A DNA stretch of 64,000 nucleotides from Octopus vulgaris. Taxonomy: Eukaryota. A program made the position numbers and the translations under genes. Position 1 is the first letter of the stretch, and the number at the start of each line of letters is the position of its first letter. Below, piece by piece: positions 56,318 to 64,000 of this stretch. The stretch lies in NCBI GenBank assembly GCA_951406725.2, contig OX597824.1, positions 76,942,001 to 77,006,000 on the forward strand. The letters run 5' to 3'. The notes under the pieces were generated by a model, which had not been told where the DNA came from, did not search any database, and saw only the letters and a program-made list of their open reading frames with translations.

Positions 56318-56648
56318 ACCCCTTCCCCTGAACAAATCGACCCTAGTAATTATGTTTTACGCCTGTTACCTATGTTGATGGTCCGCTAAGTCACCGGGAT
56401 GGACCGCTAAGTAACAGAGACGTAAACAAACCAACATTGGTTGTCAAGCGGTAGTGGGGAAGATACAAACACAAAGACACATATACATATACGACGGGCT
56501 TCCACACAGTTTCCGTCTACCAAATTCACTCACAATGCATTGGTCATTCTGGAGCTATAGTAGAAGGCCGAAGGTACTGCGCAGTGAGACAACCCAAAAC
56601 TACGTGGTCGCAGAGCGAACATCTTAACCATCAGTTATGCTTGCGCCT
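56068..56648. mobile_element. Two SINE family A copies in opposite orientation
   Basis: A plus 5' half at 56068-56240 (with duplicated atggttccgggttcagtc) and a minus copy at 56330-56648. Confidence 0.7.
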
Positions 56649-56984
56649 ATGAAATTGGATCGGTGCAACTAGCGTTCGAACTCGGTTTACTATAAACACG
56701 ATGTGGGTGGTCCTAACCTTTAGATAAATCACAGTAAACTATGTATGAAATAAAACAAAAAAAAAAGGAAATGAAATTTAAAAAAACGTCATGTAAGCAT
56801 TATTTTATGCTAAAAGAATGTAATTTTTGGCACAAGGTCAGTAATTTTGAGAAGAAAAGGAAGTAGAGTACATGGATTCCAATGTGCCACTGGTACTTTA
56901 TTTTATCGACCTTGAAAAGATGAAAGGCGAAGCTGACATCGGTGACATTTGAACAGAGAATGTTAAGCTGACTAAAAAAAACTT

Positions 56985-57037
<53 letters not shown>

Positions 57038-57284
57038 CAACAACAATAATAATAAATCCTTTCTACTCTAGGCACAAGGCCCGAAATTTTGGGGGAGGGA
57101 AACAGTCAATTAGATCGACCCCAGTACACAACTGGCACATAATTTATCGACCCAGAAAGGATGAAAGGCAAAGTATACCTCGGTGGAATTTGAACTCAGA
57201 ACGTAAAGACAGACGAAATACCTCTAAGCATTTCGCCCTGTGTGCTAATGTTTCTGCCGGAATAATAATGTCAATAATCAAATA

Positions 57285-57681
57285 TCTTTATATATAAAAG
57301 TAAAGTTGTGTGTCTGTCTCCTACGATTTAGATTCCTAACTACTCCCACATTTTGCGGTGCAATTTAACCAAAACCGGGTATCTTATAGTCGTGATTCAT
57401 ATCGAACCCTTCTGGGTATTAGCGCGCGTCTACGATGAGTCTACGATTTTAAAAATAATTTACCATCATTTTTTTCCATTTTAATGCATTTTTTCGCTAT
57501 TATATAAGGGAAGTAACTCTCTAAAAATGTCTACGATGAGTCAACGATTTAAAAATAAATTTACCATCATTTTTTTTCCATTTTTAATGCATTTTTTTGC
57601 TATTTTTTGGCTATAACTCTCTAAAAATGCTTTATAGTTATTTCCCTTACAAACCCGAGCAACGCCGGGCGATACTGCTAG
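57285..57681 (+). mobile_element. Non-autonomous Helitron (two internal subrepeats)
   Basis: Same termini and interior as the 54549 copy. Confidence 0.9.
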
Positions 57682-58342
57682 TAGGAATATAAAAACTGTT
57701 CCGAGATCACATTTTCTACTTCTTTCCTAGCCTTCGAAATAATACCTAAAATACCTTTAAGGGTTTTGTTGATCACACAAACACCCATTTCGACAGATCT
57801 CTGTCAACACCAGCTGGTTTGTAGAGAACGCGTAAGAGCTTTTTCTGGGTTTTTTTTTTCCTTCTTCTGTTTTTTAATTACCAGAATATTACAAGGAACT
57901 AAAACATTCGGACAGTGAGCAGAGCGAGCGAGCAATAGAGAGGTAAAGTGGTTAGCGCAATGCTGGAAATGAAGTAAGATATCTTGGGGCGACAACTAAA
58001 TAATTTTCCAGCTGACGTTGTGGTCACATAGGTATTTGAAATCGAATTCGTCATCCGGTTTTAATAATAGCCACCTTGGTACTTCGAAGCGTTTCGAGAA
58101 ACTCAGCGTTGTTCTGCAAGCATTCGAACCAAGTGTCATCTCTTCCATGCCACCCCCAACAATGTACATGAGTTTGTCCATACATACATACATATATACA
58201 TACATACATACATACATACATACATACATACATACATACATACATACATACATACATGCTGATATATATAAATATACATACACATATATATACACACACA
58301 CATAAACATAATATAGATATACACACATATACATGCATGTAA

Positions 58343-58377
<35 letters not shown>

Positions 58378-58623
58378 ACTTATTTATATATATAACTTAT
58401 TTGTGGGTATTCTTAGCACTAGCAATCTCAAAATAAAACTGTATTTTATGTATATTTAAATATACATACATATCTATATATATATATATATATATAGATA
58501 TACACACATACATACACATTACATATATACTAACATGCATACATATATCGATTTACTGAGTAAATATATAAATACATCTACATATATACATAAATATTAA
58601 TACATATACACACACGCACATAC

Positions 58624-58668
<45 letters not shown>

Positions 58669-60257
58669 AAATCTTAATATTTTTTAACATATAGTAATCC
58701 GTAAAAAAACAAATTTTTTTAAAGGCAGAGTTTCTAAATAAACTTCCTCATTGTAAACAATTAATTTTTCTCTCTTATTTTCAAGCGCGACTATAATTAT
58801 TTTAAACACATATTTACAAATATATTATCTATGAAAGAAAGAAAAAAATAATTAAATAGCGGTTTCTGAAATACACAATCAACTGAAAAGACAGGCTTTA
58901 AATACAATTAAATAAAAATATATATATATATACCGGTATATTGGTAATTAGTTTTTTTCTTGACTGAAAGGTTATACGTCTTAGAGATAGTCGCACTTAA
59001 CCCTTCAGACAACCGTTGGCTTTCCACTACTACATTTGAACGAACTATAAACAATATTACGTAACATATATATATAAAAAAACACTTACTATATTTAATT
59101 TATCTTTCACTTTCCTTTTCGTAATTGCACGTTATGCATGCGTTGCATGTGCGTGTGTGTCTATATATATCTATATATATCTATATATATAGATATATAT
59201 ATATATAGCTTAGATGGGTTAAAAGTGAAATGCGGTAACGCACGTTATATTAAAAAAAGTGTGGGAAATATTTAACTGATTTGATTACGAATTTTGTGTG
59301 TATATATATATATATATACACACGGAGAGGGAGAGAGAGAGAGAGAGAGAGTGAGTGAGAGAGAGAATCAGTCCCAAAACTTGTATAACAACCAATAATA
59401 ATAATAATAATAACAGTAATAATAATAATGACAACAACAACAACAACACCGATGACTTGACTTTGACAATCGATATTATTAAAATGGTGCAATAACAATA
59501 GCACGTGACAAAAGCAGGATATTCCACACACATGAAAAAAAAAAAACAAAAAACAAAAAACAAAAGCAAAAGCAAAGAGGAAATCGGACGAATTTAAATA
59601 GTTTGTGTGAGAGTGAAATCAAATCTATATATTACGCAATGTGTATTTATAACTTAGTGGGAAAAAGTAAACGAAAATATATATCATAGTTACTAGCGTT
59701 TTTTTTTTTGTTGTATTTTGTTATTTTTAAATTAAGTAAGCAATTAAAAATATCTCATTATAACGATATTAATAATTCTTTGTTGATATGTCGATGCATT
59801 GGCAGGCACGGTAAACGCGTTAAACAAAAATGACTAACAGTATTTTATCAGTTAATTAGCTGCGATAATTAATTACGGCTATTTTATGTTATGAATTTTA
59901 AATCTTGCTCATATCGACTTCGTCGTTCAGTTCGTTTTGAATCGATAGCAAAAATATATAAAAGTACCAATCAATTATTGGAGTTCGATTTTATAACCGA
60001 ACAATACTCTCTCTTCATTTCCTTAAGTGTGACGACTTGAGCAAGTGTTAGAAATCATTACATAACAATAATTCAGCTTAGAACATCGCTTTCACTTTTG
60101 TCGTGACGATAAAATAAAAATGTTAAAATGATGTTTTGAACCAGTGGTCCTCAAAGTGGGCTGTTTTAAACTCTGGGATCAACAACTTCAGGGTGATTCA
60201 AAAGTCACCATACAGAGGAACAATTTATCTTTTTATAGGAAACAGTTTTTTAGAATA

Positions 60258-60636
60258 CTAGCAGTATTGCCCGGCGTTGCTCGGGTTTGTTTCGACCCTT
60301 TAGAATTGGAATTTTTGACAAGTAAAAATTTTGCATTATGTAGCTTGTTATTCTCTTTAAGTGAACCTTTTCCTGGTTGAAATACACCGAAAAATGACGA
60401 CACAGCAGTCAAAAAATCGTAAAAAAATAGGGATTTTCATAGAAAAAAAGCATCTTTTTGCTGTAAATAATTTTTGGTCTTAACATGGTCCGATTTGAAT
60501 TTTATCTTCTACGGAATGAAGAGCAATCTTCTATCAATTTTGGTCAACTTGCGCCGCAGGGTCTCGGAGGAGATAGTGTTAGTTGAAGGCTACCAAACCT
60601 GCCACACACAGACAACTTCAGCTTTATATAAATAGA
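60258..60636 (-). mobile_element. Non-autonomous Helitron of a sister family
   Basis: Minus strand reads A|TCTATTTATATAAAGCTGAAGTTG...ACAAACCCGAGCAACGCCGGGCAATACTGCTAG|T; ends match the other three copies but the interior differs. Confidence 0.85.
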
Positions 60637-60657
60637 TTTCGTGTGTTGAACCATATT

Positions 60658-60881
60658 CTGTTGTGTCTAGGGAGAGTCATTTTCTTTTTTGTGCCTTATA
60701 ATTTAAAACACTCACCGGTAAAATTTCCACTTATTTCTTATAGTCTTGGCTCTATTGAAAAGGTTGCAAGACGCAACAAAAATTTTAGGAAAATAAAAAT
60801 AAGAAATAAGTGGAAATTTTACCGGTGAGTGTGTTACATTATACGGCACAAAAAGAAAATGTCTCTCCCCAGACTCAACAG
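60658..60881. mobile_element. Foldback MITE with ~80-bp arms
   Basis: ctgttgtgtctagggagag...aaatttccacttatttctta versus taagaaataagtggaaattt...ctctccccagactcaacag. Confidence 0.75.
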
Positions 60882-61284
60882 TTTATAAGAATAGTATTTT
60901 TTTTTATTTAATAGGCTCTATAATGGGCAGTTGTTTTGAATGGGCATTGTTTTGAATGGGCAGTTGTTTTGAATGGGCAGTTGTTTTATAATGGGCATTG
61001 TTTTGAATACACATTGCAATACGTTTACCCCACTCATTGTGAATTCGTAATAACACACCTGGTGATACGTGTGCAAATGAGTTGGTGATGTGTTCCTTCA
61101 TATGATTTATGTCTTTTATCTTTCCGCGATACACTATGCCTTTCAAATGCCCCCAAAGATAGAAATCAAGAGGGGGTCAGATCAGGGGATCTAAGGGATC
61201 TTATAAATAGTTTCTTACAAAAAAAAACAAAAAAACTCCTATGTATGGAGACTTTTGCATCACCCTATATTTGTCAAATAACTA

Positions 61285-61619
61285 AATTGTTTCTATCTTT
61301 AACACAAAACAAGAATTTTTGTTTTCTTAAGAGGGAGTTAGGTGATAATATTGGATTATCTTGACCCCAGTGCAGGGACGGCCCTAGGGTTGCAGGCGCC
61401 CCGGGCAAGCTGAACTTCGGCGTCCTTACAAGTAAAATCTTTTAAAACTTTAATTGTTTCTATCTTTAACACAAAACAAAGAATTTTTGTTTTCTTAAGA
61501 GGGAGTTAGGTGATTATATTGGATTATCTTGACCCCAGTGCAGGGACGGCCCTAGGGTTGCAGGCGCCCCGGGCAAGCTGAACTTCGGCGCCCTTACAAG
61601 TAAAATCTTTTAAAACTTT
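61285..61619 (+). repeat. Recent ~168-bp tandem duplication that copies the left end of the hAT MITE
   Basis: Two near-identical copies starting at about 61285 and 61452. Confidence 0.85.
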
Positions 61620-61707
61620 CACAAGGAGAAAAACTGAAGATGTAGACTAAAAAGCACATGGCGCCCTGGGCAACTGCCCAAGTTACCGGTACGTTGAGCT
61701 GGCCCTG
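61541..61707. mobile_element. hAT-type MITE (167 bp) inserted in a SINE
   Basis: TIRs CAGGGACGGC and GCTGGCCCTG; perfect 8-bp TSD CCCCAGTG at 61533-40 and 61708-15. Confidence 0.85.
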
Positions 61708-62190
61708 CCCCAGTGGATAACTATCACTGCATTTTATCAACTACGAAAGGATGAAAGACGAAGTTGACGTCAGCAGGAATTGAACTCAACTCAGTTAAGA
61801 ACCGGAATAAATAACGTAAACCATTTTGCCCAGCGCTCTATCGATTCTGCCAGCTTGCTGCTGTGTTTTACGGTTTCTGAGTTAGGCTCGAGGCCAGTAA
61901 TTTTGAGGGGACGGGGTTAATTAATACCCTCGATTCTAGTATTTGGCTGTTATTTCCTTTTAACAACAACAACAACAACATCCACGACAACGACGACGAC
62001 CACCACCACCACTATAACAACAACAACAACAACAATAATAATAATAACACTTTCTACTATAGGCACAAGGCCTGAAATTTGGTGAGGTGGAGAATGGCCG
62101 ATTACATCGATTCCAGTACATGACTGGTACGCCTTTTATCGATCCCAGAAGGATGAATGGCAAAACGAACTCAGCCGAATGATGATGATG

Positions 62191-62248
<58 letters not shown>

Positions 62249-62439
62249 TGATGATAAATAATACTTTCTACTATTGGGACAAGGCCTGAAATTCTGGGGC
62301 AGGGGACTAGCCGACTATATCAATCTCCGTATCCAACTGTTATTTATTTTTTCGACCCCGAAAGGATGAAAAGCAAAGATGACTTAGGCGGAATAATAAA
62401 TAATACATGTGTGTGCGTGTGTGTGTGTGTGTGTGTGTA

Positions 62440-62671
62440 CAGAGTTGGCCAAAAGTCACCTGACAGTAAATCAAACCCATTTAATTCCAAGATTTATTTA
62501 CGTTTAACAACTGAATGAATTTAATAAAATCATCTAAATATGAAACATCACGAAAATTGTTCAGACTTAGGTCCTTCTTGAGCGACAGATTTTCCCATTC
62601 GAGTCAATACAGAAATACAGATTGTATTTATGGAATTTTGATTTACTGTCGGGTGACTTTTGACCAACCCT
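62440..62671. mobile_element. Tc1/mariner-type MITE
   Basis: TA|CAGAGTTGGCCAAAAGTCACCTGACAGTAAATCAAA versus TTTGATTTACTGTCGGGTGACTTTTGACCAACCCT|TA. Confidence 0.8.
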
Positions 62672-63027
62672 TATCGTTGCTATTATGCAAAAGTGTCGTA
62701 AGTCCAAAACGTTGCTTTTTAAGAAAACGAAAAAAAAATATTATCACCACATCACCATTCATAGCAAAACTGTAATACTACACTTTGACAATTTTTTTTT
62801 TATATCTGGGCCTCTGAACCAGTAGGAGATACAATAGTTTGACCAAAAGAACCGGTAAGCAAAAATAAATATTGAAAAAAAAAAAAACAAAAAAAAACGC
62901 ATTTGGCCAAATTTGGACATACGACAGTTTAACATAATAGCAACGATATAAATATAAATACACGCTATAAAGGAATGGATACGTAGGTTATTTAATAACT
63001 ATCTTGCCTTAAGAAACGTTAGGCTAT

Positions 63028-63247
63028 TGGCAGAAACGTTAGCACGCCGGGCGAAATGCGTAGCCGTATTTCGTCTGCCGTTACGTTCTGAGTTCAAATT
63101 CCGCCGGGGTCGACTTTGCCTTGCATCCTTTCGGGGTCGATAAATTAAGTACGAGTTACGCACTGGGGTCGATGTAATCGACTTAATCCGTTTGTCTATC
63201 CTTGTTTGTCCCCTCTGTGTTTAGCCCCTTGTGGGTAGTAAAGAAAT
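63028..63247 (+). mobile_element. SINE family B
   Basis: Homologue of the 39526 copy. Confidence 0.85.
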
Positions 63248-64000
63248 ATATCTACCGGTAAATGAAAAGAAATGCTCGACAATTTACTACATTCTGAGTA
63301 GCTGAGAGCAAAATAATGATAAAGATGCTACAGTCTGTTGGCAGACTGCACCCAGACAAAATATCAGAGCTAAAAATACTAGTCTCACATCCCGTCAATA
63401 ATTCTCTTGATTAATATATAAAGAAATGACACAGTTTCTCAGATCAGAAATAGAGTTGGGTTTACCGTATTCCCTGAACATTTATTTTTAATTTACCGCA
63501 TAATTCCTATAAACTTCGCAGTCATAGCTTAAAGGCAAAGAAAACAATGATGTTAATATATAATTCAAGCTCTGTGTTTTAAGTCAACGTAAAAAGCGAC
63601 AGCGGTATGTGTAGTACTTTGGTCCGTCGGCTTATGATGAAATGGTAAGTCCTCGGTGGAAACAATATCAGCTAAAAGCTATACTACATGTTACAAACAC
63701 TGTCTCCGTGAAGGAATTGTCAGGTGGCCATAAATAGAAGACTTGGATCTTTTCGGTTTGAACGGCAGTTTTTTCTAGCGGTGTCATATGAAATTGTCAC
63801 CCATAATTATGACTCTAGTATCGATCTATTGCATTTCAATGTGTTTTAGGGTTAGGGTTAGGGGTGGGGGAAGGATATCTTTTTTCTTCACAAATGTAAA
63901 TAAACTCAATCTGTTTCTTAAACGAGAGACATATTCATACGGCACAGAATGCTTTTTAACTCAATAGACGTCACTGATTGGTTGAAATTGCAGAAATTGA

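Larger units (their letters stand above)
60189..61267 (-). mobile_element. Internally deleted Tc1/mariner transposon with transposase C-terminal remnant and nested insertions
   Basis: TIRs CAGGGTGATTCAAAAGTCACCATACAGAGGA and TCCTATGTATGGAGACTTTTGCATCACCCTA. Minus strand about 61192-60904 translates RSPDLTP(frameshift)LDFYLWGHLKGIVY...RIAMCIQNNAH, the SPDLxPxD catalytic region. Confidence 0.8.

Noticed and set aside
57996-58190. Short non-repetitive ORF segments (MEEMTLGSNACR...)
   Set aside because: No recognisable domain or consistent splice sites; a small exon cannot be excluded without RNA data.
63846-63864. (TTAGGG)3
   Set aside because: Too short for a telomere and embedded in what looks like an interspersed repeat running off the window end.

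Overview
AT-rich animal genomic DNA dominated by microsatellites and short interspersed repeats. The repeat families and the extreme (TA)n/(AAT)n load suggest an octopus (coleoid cephalopod); this is inferred from recognition, not from a search. There is one convincing protein-coding gene: an uninterrupted class A GPCR ORF of the FMRFamide/sex-peptide-receptor-like group (23200..25038, minus strand) with a microsatellite-like Gly/His/Gln tail. Nearly all other ORFs are translations of simple repeats. Mobile elements include many tRNA-derived SINEs, four non-autonomous Helitrons, piggyBac-, hAT- and Tc1/mariner-type MITEs, two decayed Tc1/mariner transposase remnants and two LINE 3' ends. The strongest unexplained signal is a set of type I hammerhead ribozyme motifs with palindromic (dimer-type) stem III: one fully canonical, several near-intact and several halves. 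They sit in short, mostly unrelated non-coding elements inserted mainly into (TA)n tracts, and two long DNA foldbacks are centred on hammerhead stem II. Also notable are a five-unit mosaic SINE concatemer inside one 14-bp target-site duplication and an apparent switch from CpG-decayed to CpG-retaining DNA near 40-41 kb. All alignments and folds were done by eye.
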